A stretch of 64,000 bases of DNA from an uncultured Nitrospiraceae bacterium (GTDB taxonomy: Bacteria > Nitrospirota > Thermodesulfovibrionia > Thermodesulfovibrionales > SM23-35), in contig CAVSHB010000001.1 in assembly GCA_963727775.1 (NCBI GenBank), forward strand, positions 1,510,199 through 1,574,198, in the 5' to 3' direction. Made by a program: the position numbers and the translations under genes. Positions 33,715 through 43,358 of this stretch are shown here, piece after piece (within the stretch, counting starts at the first letter, position 1; each line of letters starts with the position of its first letter). The notes below the pieces were generated by a model. The model was given only the letters and a program-made list of their open reading frames with translations, was not told the DNA's origin and made no database searches.

Positions 33715-35940
33715 TCAGATCATATCGATATATATTACTTCGTTCCCGACTCTTTTATTGACTTCTAAGTCATTCAGCAACGCATCATGTTCAGGCAGCC
33801 CGGAATCCTCTACAAGTTTGTCATGCTGATTCCCTTCAAATCGAGAGAGCTCACACACTACGGCCTTCAAGACAGGATATCCCGAAATAGGATCTTTTAT
33901 CTCGGAAGGAATTATTGAGTTTACGCTTACATGCGGCCATGCCCCAATCTGCCGGCGGCCACCTCCACCAAAGGGCACATGTACTGTGCCGGCACAAATA
34001 TCGGGTGTAACATGCGCCTCCAAAGACAGCTGTCCGCTCGACGTTTGAATAGTGACAATATCACCGCTATGTATGTCCCTTGCCTCAGCGTCAAGTGGAC
34101 TAATCTCAATGACCGCCCTATTGCGGTCAGCGAGTTCAGGACGGTCCAGATACTGGGAATTGAACCTCGACCTGCTTCGTGCCCCGGTGGTAAGCATCAG
34201 CGAAGCTGCACTTTCAAAGTTAAATGGTCGAGGGTCGGTATAAGCAGGCAACGGATTGTATCCATAACGCTTCAGCAGCGTTGACATGAATTCGAATTTA
34301 CCTGTCTCAGTCGGAAAACCGGGTCTGCCGTCATGGCGCAAATTACCCGACTCATACTTTTTGTATCGACGCTCCGGAAAAGGCAGCGTGAAAACTTCAT
34401 CACCTTTATCCATGGCATTCTGTAATCCCTGATTCCTGAAGGCCTTATTTATTATCTCATTCTCGGTCTGAGGAAATGCATTTCCATAACCTAATCTTTG
34501 CGCGATGGCAGCGAGGATCATCGAATCATTCATTGCTTCACCAACCGGTTCTATTACCTTCCGGCGCAAGCGGACATGTTCCCGATAAATATGGTAGGAA
34601 TCGATCTCGTAGTATGTGCTTGCAGGAAGGACGACATCAGCCCAGGCCGCTTCTTCAGGCATAAATCTGTCGATTACAACCATGAAGTCGAGACGATCAT
34701 ATATCTTTTTCCAAATCGTTTGATCAGGGTAAGAACGACAGGGAGAGCCGCCAACTAGGAGCAGGCCTCGCACAGGATAGGGATCGTCCTGCAATACCGC
34801 AGCGGCTAATCCGGAAACATGTGCTCTGCCGGTCAAGGCATAGAACAAAGGGTATTCTTTGCATCCCAAAGGAGGTTGGTTGCCATTATAGGTATATTCA
34901 TTAAATTGCTTATGCGGGTAATCGTAAATGTAGAGGCCACCGTCAACATCTATGTTGCCTGTAAGTGCCAGTAATGAGTATAACGCCCTTGTGTTTTGCA
35001 CGCCACTTGGCGCATATTCAAGACCGCTATAGAAATCTACGGCAACATTCGAAGTCTTGGCAATGGTCTCAGCAAGCCATTCTATCGTTTGGGTATCAAT
35101 GCCACACACATGCGCTGCCTTTGCTGCTGTGAATGAAGATGCATACTCCGCGAGTTCTTCGAACCCTGATGTCCAGCGTTCAACAAAATTCCGATCATAC
35201 CAATCCCGGTCAATAATTGTTTTTATAATAGAAAGGATAAGTGCACCATCGGTGCCCGGTAGTACAGGTATCCAATAATCTGCATTCTTAGTCAGGCGAT
35301 GACGCCTTGGGTCAATAACTATTAACTTGGCGCCCCTTGCTCGTGCCTGCCGTATGCGCCGCATTTTATCAGGCAGTCCGTCTTTGAACGGATTAGCTCC
35401 CCAGAGAATAATAAGTTTCGAATTTTCGAAATCGGGAGTGATACTATCTCCCGCAAGCCCCATGGTTGTCATAGGCGCAAGTACTTTTGATGAGACGTAA
35501 CAGACCGAACCGCAGTTCATATCGTTTGGAGAACCGAAAGGAGCGAGTATCTTCTCAAAAAAATCGGACAGGCCGTCTTCCAGAGTTCCAGCGCCCATGT
35601 AACTCGCCACGGCACTCGCATTGTATACGTCTTTAATCCGCAAAAACTCGCTTGCAATCCTATCGAGTGCTTCATCCCATGTCGCCGGTCTGAAGGCCTG
35701 CTTACCTTTTTTCCCGGATCGTATCAGCGGAGTGATGATACGGTCCGGCGAGTATACAATTTGAGGCGCAAGTCTTCCCCGCCTGCACAAATTACCGTAT
35801 TGGGAATGTGGATCAGCTGCGGTTGAAACAAGCTTTCCTTTTGAGACATGGGCACGCACCCAACATCCATGTGGACACAGACCGCATATGGCAGGAAATT
35901 CTCTCAGGTTTTCGTCAGAATGCTGATGGCTTTCTAACAT
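33715..35940 (-). CDS. Mo/W-bisPGD oxidoreductase, cytoplasmic
   Basis: CGLCPHGC..LCRRG Fe-S motif, WGANP, PGTDGAL, ADVVLPA, molydopterin-binding C-terminus; putative Cys ligand in GSVCY; no Tat signal. Confidence 0.88.
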   Translation of the reverse strand: MLESHQHSDENLREFPAICGLCPHGCWVRAHVSKGKLVSTAADPHSQYGNLCRRGRLAPQIVYSPDRIITPLIRSGKKGKQAFRPATWDEALDRIASEFLRIKDVYNASAVASYMGAGTLEDGLSDFFEKILAPFGSPNDMNCGSVCYVSSKVLAPMTTMGLAGDSITPDFENSKLIILWGANPFKDGLPDKMRRIRQARARGAKLIVIDPRRHRLTKNADYWIPVLPGTDGALILSIIKTIIDRDWYDRNFVERWTSGFEELAEYASSFTAAKAAHVCGIDTQTIEWLAETIAKTSNVAVDFYSGLEYAPSGVQNTRALYSLLALTGNIDVDGGLYIYDYPHKQFNEYTYNGNQPPLGCKEYPLFYALTGRAHVSGLAAAVLQDDPYPVRGLLLVGGSPCRSYPDQTIWKKIYDRLDFMVVIDRFMPEEAAWADVVLPASTYYEIDSYHIYREHVRLRRKVIEPVGEAMNDSMILAAIAQRLGYGNAFPQTENEIINKAFRNQGLQNAMDKGDEVFTLPFPERRYKKYESGNLRHDGRPGFPTETGKFEFMSTLLKRYGYNPLPAYTDPRPFNFESAASLMLTTGARSRSRFNSQYLDRPELADRNRAVIEISPLDAEARDIHSGDIVTIQTSSGQLSLEAHVTPDICAGTVHVPFGGGGRRQIGAWPHVSVNSIIPSEIKDPISGYPVLKAVVCELSRFEGNQHDKLVEDSGLPEHDALLNDLEVNKRVGNEVIYIDMI

Positions 35941-36070
35941 CCTGATTAAATTTAATATAGAATTGCAATATACATCAAATAGCTAATATCAATGGGTTTA
36001 CATATACCTATAGTAATATTATGCTATCTCAGGTTATGTATTCTAATCTAAATAAATCGTCAGACTCATT

Positions 36071-37126
36071 TTAGCGCACCTGGATTACTCCTTGTGGCGC
36101 GCCCAGAACTTCTCCAATTTTATTAGCTACAGGTGTCTCTTTCTCGATAAGTTTTTCTATCAGTAGGTCAGCCTTTTCATGTGGAACAGATATGAGGAGA
36201 CCGCCTGAGGTTTGAGCATCCGACAAAATGTCTATGAGTACCGCATCCAAACCTGGAGAAACATCTACCTGATGAGAACAAAAACTCCTATTGCGCAAAC
36301 TACCTTCCGGAAACATGCCCATAGATGCAAAGGGCAGTGCATCGGGAATGATGGGTACTTCTTTTGCATAAAGCCTCATACATACTTTGCTCGCCTTTGC
36401 CATTTCCAATGCATGACCGAGAAGTCCAAAGCCGGTAATATCAGTAACTGCGCTCACTCCGACTTCCATCATTCCTTCCGCCGCTCCTCTGTTCAAAGCA
36501 GCCATTAGTTCCGTGATCTCCCCCGTAAGCTTTTCAGTAAGGCATCCGCCTTTTAAGGCGGTTGTAAGTATACCAGTACCAAGGGGTTTGGTCAAAATCA
36601 GGACATCCCCCTCTTTGGCATTATCATTTGTCAAAAAATGATCAGGGTGAACGACCCCTGTCACTGAGAGACCATATTTTATTTCCGGATCCTCTACGCT
36701 ATGTCCTCCAGCCATAACAGCTCCTGACCTGTGTACAACTTCCATTCCACCTTCGAGGATTGCCCGAAGGATTGCCTTATCCATTTCTTTTACCGGGAAG
36801 CAAACAATATTCATGGCAGTTATGGGTTTGCCACCCATTGCATAGATATCGCTGAGCGAATTGGCAGCAGCGATACGTCCAAAGTTAAACGGGTCATTGA
36901 CGATAGGCGTAAAGAAATCAAGAGTCTGAACGATTGCTATTTCAGCGCTCAAACGATATATAGCAGCATCAGCCCACTTCTCAGCACCTACAAGAAGATT
37001 GGGATTATTTTCTAACGGTAAGCCACTAAGAATTTCCTCTAAGTCCGCCGGACTTATTTTTGATGCTCAGCCGGCAGCACGCACCTTCTCCATGAGTTTA
37101 GGAGCTTCCTTCAGGTTATCCGGCAT
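36071..37126 (-). CDS. selD: Selenophosphate synthetase, selenoprotein (Sec20)
   Basis: The ORF-track fragment extends upstream through an in-frame TGA (37067-37069) as MPDNLKEAPKLMEKVRAAG-U-ASK; DFFTP, DITGFGL, QTSGGLL. Confidence 0.93.
37040..37056 (-). promoter_or_regulatory. SECIS hairpin of selD
   Basis: TAAGTCC-GGC-GGACTTA begins 10 nt after the TGA; G-rich loop. Confidence 0.8.
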
Positions 37127-37196
37127 ATTATTCTCGTATCAAATTAATAAAAGAGAGGCAACTTGATTTTTTGGACACAGGTCCCCGCAGGCGCTG

Positions 37197-37784
37197 TTAT
37201 TGTTTATTATCTCTTGCGGCAATGCCCCTGAGGTCTATTTCCCAGGCTGAGCAGGAATAATGGGGCCGCACAAAATCCTTTAATCCCACGACTTCAAGAA
37301 GGAGCTTCACCCCATACGTGCCAATTTCAGCCTCTGCCAGTGGCCATTTAATTCCATATTTTCTTGCAATCTCGAAAACCGGTCTGTTTTCCCTGCTGTC
37401 ATCAAGGTTCGTGCCATCAACGAGGTTTTTAAAGCCAAGCTGGTCAGCAAATCTCCTGAGCTGATCAAATAATTCTGCCTTGCATATAAAACAGCGCTTC
37501 TCGGGGTTATTGATAAATTCATCATTCATATATTCCCTTGTGAGAACTACTTCATGGCGGGTGCCGAGCCTCGTGCCCAGTTCTGATGCAAGATTTTTTT
37601 CTTCATCTCTTCGTATTGGTGAAACAGCAGTTACTGCTACTACATGTTCCGGTCCTAATACTTCCATTGCTGTATACAGGAGTAGGGTACTGTCTTTCCC
37701 CCCTGAGTAGGCCAAAACCATATCGCCGTAACTCTTGAGGATGCTTTTTAGAAACTCATATTTCTTATAGGGGGTATCTATCAT
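37197..37784 (-). CDS. Short LarE-like PP-loop ATPase (sulfur-insertase family)
   Basis: AYSGGKDS, RCFICK, DGTNLDD, RP, HYSC; lacks the usual C-terminal domain. Confidence 0.78.
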   Translation of the reverse strand: MIDTPYKKYEFLKSILKSYGDMVLAYSGGKDSTLLLYTAMEVLGPEHVVAVTAVSPIRRDEEKNLASELGTRLGTRHEVVLTREYMNDEFINNPEKRCFICKAELFDQLRRFADQLGFKNLVDGTNLDDSRENRPVFEIARKYGIKWPLAEAEIGTYGVKLLLEVVGLKDFVRPHYSCSAWEIDLRGIAARDNKQ

Positions 37785-37830
37785 TTTTTATAATAACAAA
37801 GACAATAAGATTCAGGAAACCTGATACGAA

Positions 37831-38616
37831 CTATACGGCAACTGCATGTTGTCCACAGTTTTCTCTGAAAAGCTGCATATACTCGTTGAGAAAATTTCTC
37901 GTCTTCAGAATTTCATCCTGAAGAGGAAGCTCAATAACCCACCAGTCACAGGAAGGCGTTGAACTCAGCAGCTCAAGACGATCAAAAAGTTCATCAAGGC
38001 TGCTGGGTGCTATATGCCCTACCCGTGGAATCTCTGTATGATAGATATGCGCGTTGAAGACGCGGTCTTGATGTGGCGTGATATATACATCATAGTCATC
38101 TTTCCTGCAAAAATGTGCATGACCGATATCAAAAGTTATCCCCGCACCAGTCTCCTTAATCAATGTCGCAAACAGTTCCGGGTTATGCGTCCATGCATTG
38201 ATGATATTTTCAAGACAAACGGTTATTCCCCGATCAGATCCAAGAGATACGAGTTCAGACAGATTCTCAATCGCCTTGGTCCAATCCAGTTCTGCATCTG
38301 AATGGTCACCGAGTCCGATATGAACGGTCATGTATCTCCCGTTGGCAGAAGAGGCGAAATCTATTGCCTTATGGAATAAATCCATGGCCTCGTATGACCT
38401 GTGATCCGAGTAACACAGATCGACATTGTAAAAGAAGCAGTGATAACGTACCTCAAATTCCCTCAGTTGATGCATCTTCCACAAGAAATCATCTTTAGAC
38501 ATATTAAGATCGAAAGACCAGTCTATACCCTGAAAACCATGCGTATGGGCAAAATCAGCCAACATCCCTGCATCCTGTCCAAAAATATTGCATATGGCAA
38601 GACTTGGCGTTGGCAT
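37831..38616 (-). CDS. Xylose-isomerase-like (AP endonuclease 2) TIM-barrel protein, paralogue 1
   Basis: CLEN, FDIGHA, NAHIY, GH.AP, WWVIE. Confidence 0.78.
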   Translation of the reverse strand: MPTPSLAICNIFGQDAGMLADFAHTHGFQGIDWSFDLNMSKDDFLWKMHQLREFEVRYHCFFYNVDLCYSDHRSYEAMDLFHKAIDFASSANGRYMTVHIGLGDHSDAELDWTKAIENLSELVSLGSDRGITVCLENIINAWTHNPELFATLIKETGAGITFDIGHAHFCRKDDYDVYITPHQDRVFNAHIYHTEIPRVGHIAPSSLDELFDRLELLSSTPSCDWWVIELPLQDEILKTRNFLNEYMQLFRENCGQHAVAV

Positions 38617-38753
38617 CTTCCAGGCTATCCTCTCAGCCTCAACATAAAGATACTCATAAACTCATCATATAAAATAAAAAACGTATAAAGCAAATAGATA
38701 AATAATATAGAAGATTTATTACCCATCGTGATTATCTATCGGATCTGAGATTT

Positions 38754-39530
38754 CTAAATAAAAGAGAGAAACTGGATTAGGTAATCTCTGGTCTTCAGAA
38801 TTTCATCTGGGTTCGAAAGCTCGATAACCCACCAGTCACATTGGATCACTGACCTGAGAAGCCATAGGGAATCAAAAATCTGGTCGAGGCTTTGGGGTGC
38901 GACATGCCCTCGCTCCGGAATCTCCGTATAGTAGATGTGGGCATTAAAAATCCGCTCTTTGTTGGGCCGTACATACAATTTTAAAAAATTCTCAGAGGGC
39001 CTTTCCCCCCCGCAGGCATTGATATGTCCAATGTCTAAGGTTACTCCCGCGCCGGTTCTCTCAACTAAAGTTTTAAACTTATTGGGGTTGCTCGTCCAGG
39101 CAGTGGTTATATTCTCAAGACAGATGGTTATCCCATGCTCTGCTCCAAATAAAACAAGGCTTGAGAGATTCTCAATAGCCCTTTCCCAATCAAGTTCTTT
39201 AACGGAGTTTTGTCCGAGGCCTATATGCATTGTTATGTATCTTCCGCCAGCCTTAGAAATTAAACCTATCATTAGTCTGAATATATGCATGGCTTTCTCT
39301 GCTCTTTGGTCAGCATAGGCAATATCAATACGCGGCCAGGGACAATGATAACGAACCTCAAAATCTTTCAGCATATCCATTTTTTGCAGGAAATCTCTTT
39401 CAGTGAGGTCAAAACCTAAAGACCAGTCTATCCCCTCAAAGCCAAATTTAGAAGCGAAATCCGCAAGCATTTTGGCATCCTGCCCATAAATGTTGGTAAT
39501 CGCAAATCTAACATCATTTAGTTTATTCAT
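38754..39530 (-). CDS. Xylose-isomerase-like TIM-barrel protein, paralogue 2
   Basis: CLEN, LDIGH, NAHIY, GHVAP, WWVIE. Confidence 0.78.
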   Translation of the reverse strand: MNKLNDVRFAITNIYGQDAKMLADFASKFGFEGIDWSLGFDLTERDFLQKMDMLKDFEVRYHCPWPRIDIAYADQRAEKAMHIFRLMIGLISKAGGRYITMHIGLGQNSVKELDWERAIENLSSLVLFGAEHGITICLENITTAWTSNPNKFKTLVERTGAGVTLDIGHINACGGERPSENFLKLYVRPNKERIFNAHIYYTEIPERGHVAPQSLDQIFDSLWLLRSVIQCDWWVIELSNPDEILKTRDYLIQFLSFI

Positions 39531-39737
39531 TTAGCTACAATATAAAATTCAATAAAAATATTTTACTGTTGTTTAGATGATATATTTCTTGACCCGGAAC
39601 AATCCAGTGTCTTCTTTCTTGTATAGGAATTTTCTATGTTTTAACCCTTACTGATAATTAAATACTATTTGTTTTATCAAATTAATTCATAAAGAATATT
39701 AAAACATGAGTAAGCCTCCTTACCCCAAGAAACATTC

Positions 39738-40004
39738 ATGACAGTATATGCAATTATAACGTTTTGTAATACACACTTTGCCCTAAAAGCCAAAAAGGTG
39801 TTAGAAATAAATGGCAGAAGGGCAGAAACGATACCGGTACCAAGGGAATTTAGCTCGGAATGTGGTTTCTGCTCCAGAGTGATCTGGGAAGAAAAAGAGG
39901 AAATTGAGACAATTCTCCGGGAAAGTGACGTTGAAATAGACGCGATCTATCGTTGGGTCAGAGACGAGGAAATGGAAAGAAAGAAGAAGTTCAGGTTTGT
40001 TTAA
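39738..40004 (+). CDS. DUF3343-family putative Se/S carrier protein
   Basis: F.NTHFALKA.K.L, IPVPREFSSECG. Confidence 0.8.
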   Translation: MTVYAIITFCNTHFALKAKKVLEINGRRAETIPVPREFSSECGFCSRVIWEEKEEIETILRESDVEIDAIYRWVRDEEMERKKKFRFV

Positions 40005-40056
40005 TTTGTGCAATATCTGGTTTGTGGTTGAAAATTGAGAAACAAAGGGGGTTCAG

Positions 40057-40671
40057 ATGGTAATAAAAGTTGATGCAAGGGGATTACCGTGTCCGCAGCC
40101 TGTTCTGAAAGCAAAAGAAGCATTGGAGCAAGCAAAAGGAGGCTCTCTGATAGTAGTCGTCAGTAGTGAGGAATCAAGGGACAACGTCGTAAGATTTCTT
40201 AAATACTCAGGCGCTGAGATTGAAAAGATCGATGAACAGGCGGGCGAATTTTCTATCTATACAAAAAAAATATCAGACACCACAAAGGCAGAGCTAAAGA
40301 CTGAGGATTACATCTGCGACACCCAGCAGACAGGGATCGGGACCACGATCTTTATCAATAAAGACAGAATAGGTCACGGCAGCGATGAACTGGGGAATAA
40401 TCTTATCAAAGTCTTCATTTCGACTATTAGAGAACTGTCTGTTCAGCCAAGGACGATCTGCTTTATGAACAGCGGAGTGAAGTTGACCGTCACAGGAGCT
40501 GAAACCGTACCTCACCTGAAAGAGCTCGAAGAAAAAGGGATCGAACTCCTTGTGTGCGGAACATGTCTCGTATACTTCAATCTGAAAGAACAATTAGCCG
40601 TCGGCAAGATATCGAATATGTATGACATCTCGGAGACCATGCTCAAGTCTTCCAAGGTCATTACAGTTTAG
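40057..40671 (+). CDS. yedF: Selenium-metabolism protein YedF (TusA + DsrE-like)
   Basis: DARGLPCPQPV; G..ELG..L, FMNSGVKL, CGTCL, SNMYDI. Confidence 0.88.
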   Translation: MVIKVDARGLPCPQPVLKAKEALEQAKGGSLIVVVSSEESRDNVVRFLKYSGAEIEKIDEQAGEFSIYTKKISDTTKAELKTEDYICDTQQTGIGTTIFINKDRIGHGSDELGNNLIKVFISTIRELSVQPRTICFMNSGVKLTVTGAETVPHLKELEEKGIELLVCGTCLVYFNLKEQLAVGKISNMYDISETMLKSSKVITV

Positions 40672-40689
40672 GTCGGTGTGTAATAGTGA

Positions 40690-41859
40690 GTGCTTAATAT
40701 GAAGAAAAAGGTAATTTACTTTGACAATGCCGCAACGTCCGGGATAAAGCCCGATACGGTCGTCCCCGCAGTTTGTAACTGCCTGAAACATGCTAATGCA
40801 AATCCGGGCAGGTCCGGGCATTCATTGTCCGTTAAGGCAGCAGAGGTCATATATAATTGCCGCGAGGCGATAGGTGAATTATTCAATTTTCCTAAATTAA
40901 AAAATATTGTCCTCACCAAAAATGCTACTGAAGCATTAAATATTGTGCTACATGGGTCATTGGATCCGGGGGGAGAAGTGATCACAACTTCGATGGAACA
41001 CAACTCCGTACTGAGGCCGTTGAATCATCTTAATAATAAGGGGGCAATCTCTCTGAAGATATTGAAGGCGGATACAAACGGCATCGTATCCCCTGCCCAG
41101 ATAAAGAAAGCTATTACTGGTAATACAAAGCTCATCGCTGTGACATCTGCTTCAAATGTCACCGGCACAAAAATTGATTTGGAAGGAATTCACGGGGTCT
41201 GTGCGACTAAGGGCGTAAAGCTTTTGGTTGATGGGGCGCAAGGCGCGGGAGCTATGAAGATAGATTTAGGGAAAACGCCTTTTGATTTTCTTGCAGTCAC
41301 AGGACATAAACATCTTTTCGGCCCCCAGGGTACAGGGGCGCTCATTGTCAGGAAGCCTGTTGAGCTGTCTTCTTTGATGCAGGGAGGTACGGGAAGTTCA
41401 TCGGAAAAGACGGTACACCCTGATTTCCCTCCCGACAAGTTTGAAGCCGGGACACTGAATACCCCCGGATATGCAGGACTCGCCGCAGGCATCCGCTTCC
41501 TTCTAACCGAAGGCATTGATAACATAATTGAACGTGAACACCAACTCACAGAATATCTCCTCAAGAAACTATCAGAACTCGAAGAAATTGAAGTCTATGC
41601 ACCAGACGCGCCCCGGGTAGCCACGATTTCCTTCAATATCAAAGGGGCAACAGCATCGGACATCTCCCATTATCTTGATGCTGAATGGGGAATCTGTGCG
41701 AGACCGGGACTGCGTTGCTCGCCGGAAGCTCATAAGACGCTTAACACTTTTCCCCGGGGCACATTACGGTTCTCTTTGTCCTGCTTTAACACTATCAAGG
41801 AAATAGATACAGCTGCTAAAGCACTAAAATCCTTTGTCAAAAATATGAGAGGTAAATAA
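40690..41859 (+). CDS. Class-V PLP enzyme, cysteine desulfurase / selenocysteine lyase family
   Basis: YFDNAAT, EHNSV, DGAQ, GHK (PLP Lys), EAGT, RPGLRCSP. Confidence 0.88.
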   Translation: MLNMKKKVIYFDNAATSGIKPDTVVPAVCNCLKHANANPGRSGHSLSVKAAEVIYNCREAIGELFNFPKLKNIVLTKNATEALNIVLHGSLDPGGEVITTSMEHNSVLRPLNHLNNKGAISLKILKADTNGIVSPAQIKKAITGNTKLIAVTSASNVTGTKIDLEGIHGVCATKGVKLLVDGAQGAGAMKIDLGKTPFDFLAVTGHKHLFGPQGTGALIVRKPVELSSLMQGGTGSSSEKTVHPDFPPDKFEAGTLNTPGYAGLAAGIRFLLTEGIDNIIEREHQLTEYLLKKLSELEEIEVYAPDAPRVATISFNIKGATASDISHYLDAEWGICARPGLRCSPEAHKTLNTFPRGTLRFSLSCFNTIKEIDTAAKALKSFVKNMRGK

Positions 41860-41863
41860 CCAT

Positions 41864-42493
41864 ATGGAAAAAGAGGCTCTGGCTGACAAAGCAGCCTCAA
41901 TAAGGGATGTCGCCGCTGCCCTTCGGGAACAGCTTGATGTCATGTCTGAAAAGTGCATTGAATGTAAGCTATGCCAGGAAGAATGTGCATTCCTCAGAAA
42001 ATATGGGAAACCGAAGTATATTGCTGATTCCTATAATCCTTCGGATAAAATTTATCAGGAAAGACCGTTTGAATGCAGCCTTTGCCAGCTATGCGCGGCT
42101 GTATGTCCCGTAAAGATCAATCCCTCCCTTATGTTTCTTGAAATGCGGCGTGATACTGCCAAACGCGGGAAAGGTGATTATCCGGAGCATTCCGTCATAT
42201 TGGAATATGAAAAGCGCGGAACATCCAAACGCTATACTTACTACGCTTTTCCTGAGGGTTGTAACACTATTTTATTCCCCGGCTGTACTCTTGCAGGAAC
42301 ACGGCCTGATAAGGTAATAGAACTCTATGAACACTTGAAGCAGTTCATCCCTGCGCTTGGAATTGTACTTGATTGCTGCGCAAAGCCCTCACATGACCTT
42401 GGAAAAGAAAAATATTTCAATGCATTGTTTAATGAGATGAAGGAACTATTGCCGGAACCGTTAAAGTCTCTAAGGCTCCTTTCACTTATTTAA
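41864..42493 (+). pseudogene. Truncated (Fe-S)-binding CCG-domain protein
   Basis: CIECKLCQEEC, CSLCQLCAAVCP, FPGC, CC; ends abruptly within the CCG domain. Confidence 0.65.
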
Positions 42494-42525
42494 ATAGGAT
42501 AATACTGAAAAAAAAGCTGAAGCAT

Positions 42526-42714
42526 ATGGTGAACGGCTCCATAAGCCGTGAAAGAACCTTCACGGCAGCAAAGACTAAGAAAAGAGGAATATTAAAGCGC
42601 ATTCTCTTCCTTGTATTTATTATCGCCGCTATCTTTGTGATACGTTTTACAGGTGCAACAAGCTATCTTGAGCAAGGTGCCCTTAGATTCTGGGACTCGG
42701 CCTTATCATTTTAG
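42526..42714 (+). pseudogene. N-terminal fragment of a membrane protein (TVP38/DedA-like)
   Basis: Single TM helix then abrupt stop; follows the truncated Fe-S gene. Confidence 0.4.
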
Positions 42715-42800
42715 TGTCGTTAATTCCGTTATTTTACAGACGTTACAAAATTAAAAAAAGGAAGCCTGATCTGCTGTGATCAAATGTAATAATGATTTGC

Positions 42801-43358
42801 TTATTCTAATTCTGTGCAGCGATAAATTTTTATATCATCAAGGTAAATAATTCCGGTAACACCCTGAAGGCCTATTCTAATCATTGCTTTTTGGGCATCT
42901 TCCGGAATTTTCCATTTATAAGATACTACTTTCCAATCAAATGTGCCATGGAAACGATCCCAATCGGTTGGATTTTTTAGACCATGTGGGGTCACAGCCT
43001 CGATATCAATATATCCACCATAATTGTGCTGAGGCTTATCTCCGATATTATCGCCTTTAATCATTGCATCTATTCTAATTATTTGCCCAGCCCAGACAGT
43101 CACAGGCAAGTTCAATTCCAATGCCGTGAAATCATCTTCATCGGTACATATCCTCTGTATTTTCGCAGCCTTTCCACTAAAACCATCACTCAATAAAATA
43201 CTACCACCTTCATCATGTGGTTCCCAGTCTGTATAACTTTCATCGTCGAATGTGTATGACTTTATTTGTTCACAGGTAGCTAACAGCGGTGTTACTTCCA
43301 CCATAAAGGTTGCAGAAATCAAAAAAACCGTTAAAATTGACAATATAGTTAGCTTCAT
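42801..43358 (-). CDS. Secreted carbohydrate-binding-module-like protein
   Basis: Signal peptide; GTFDWK..IP..A...IGLQG.TG.IYLDDI beta-sandwich pattern; ATGA overlap with the upstream gene. Confidence 0.65.
   Translation of the reverse strand: MKLTILSILTVFLISATFMVEVTPLLATCEQIKSYTFDDESYTDWEPHDEGGSILLSDGFSGKAAKIQRICTDEDDFTALELNLPVTVWAGQIIRIDAMIKGDNIGDKPQHNYGGYIDIEAVTPHGLKNPTDWDRFHGTFDWKVVSYKWKIPEDAQKAMIRIGLQGVTGIIYLDDIKIYRCTELE

Noticed and set aside
37228..37254. Hairpin after the late Cys codon of the LarE-like gene as a SECIS-like element
   Set aside because: It starts only 4 nt after the codon and is weak; the spacing is unlike a SECIS
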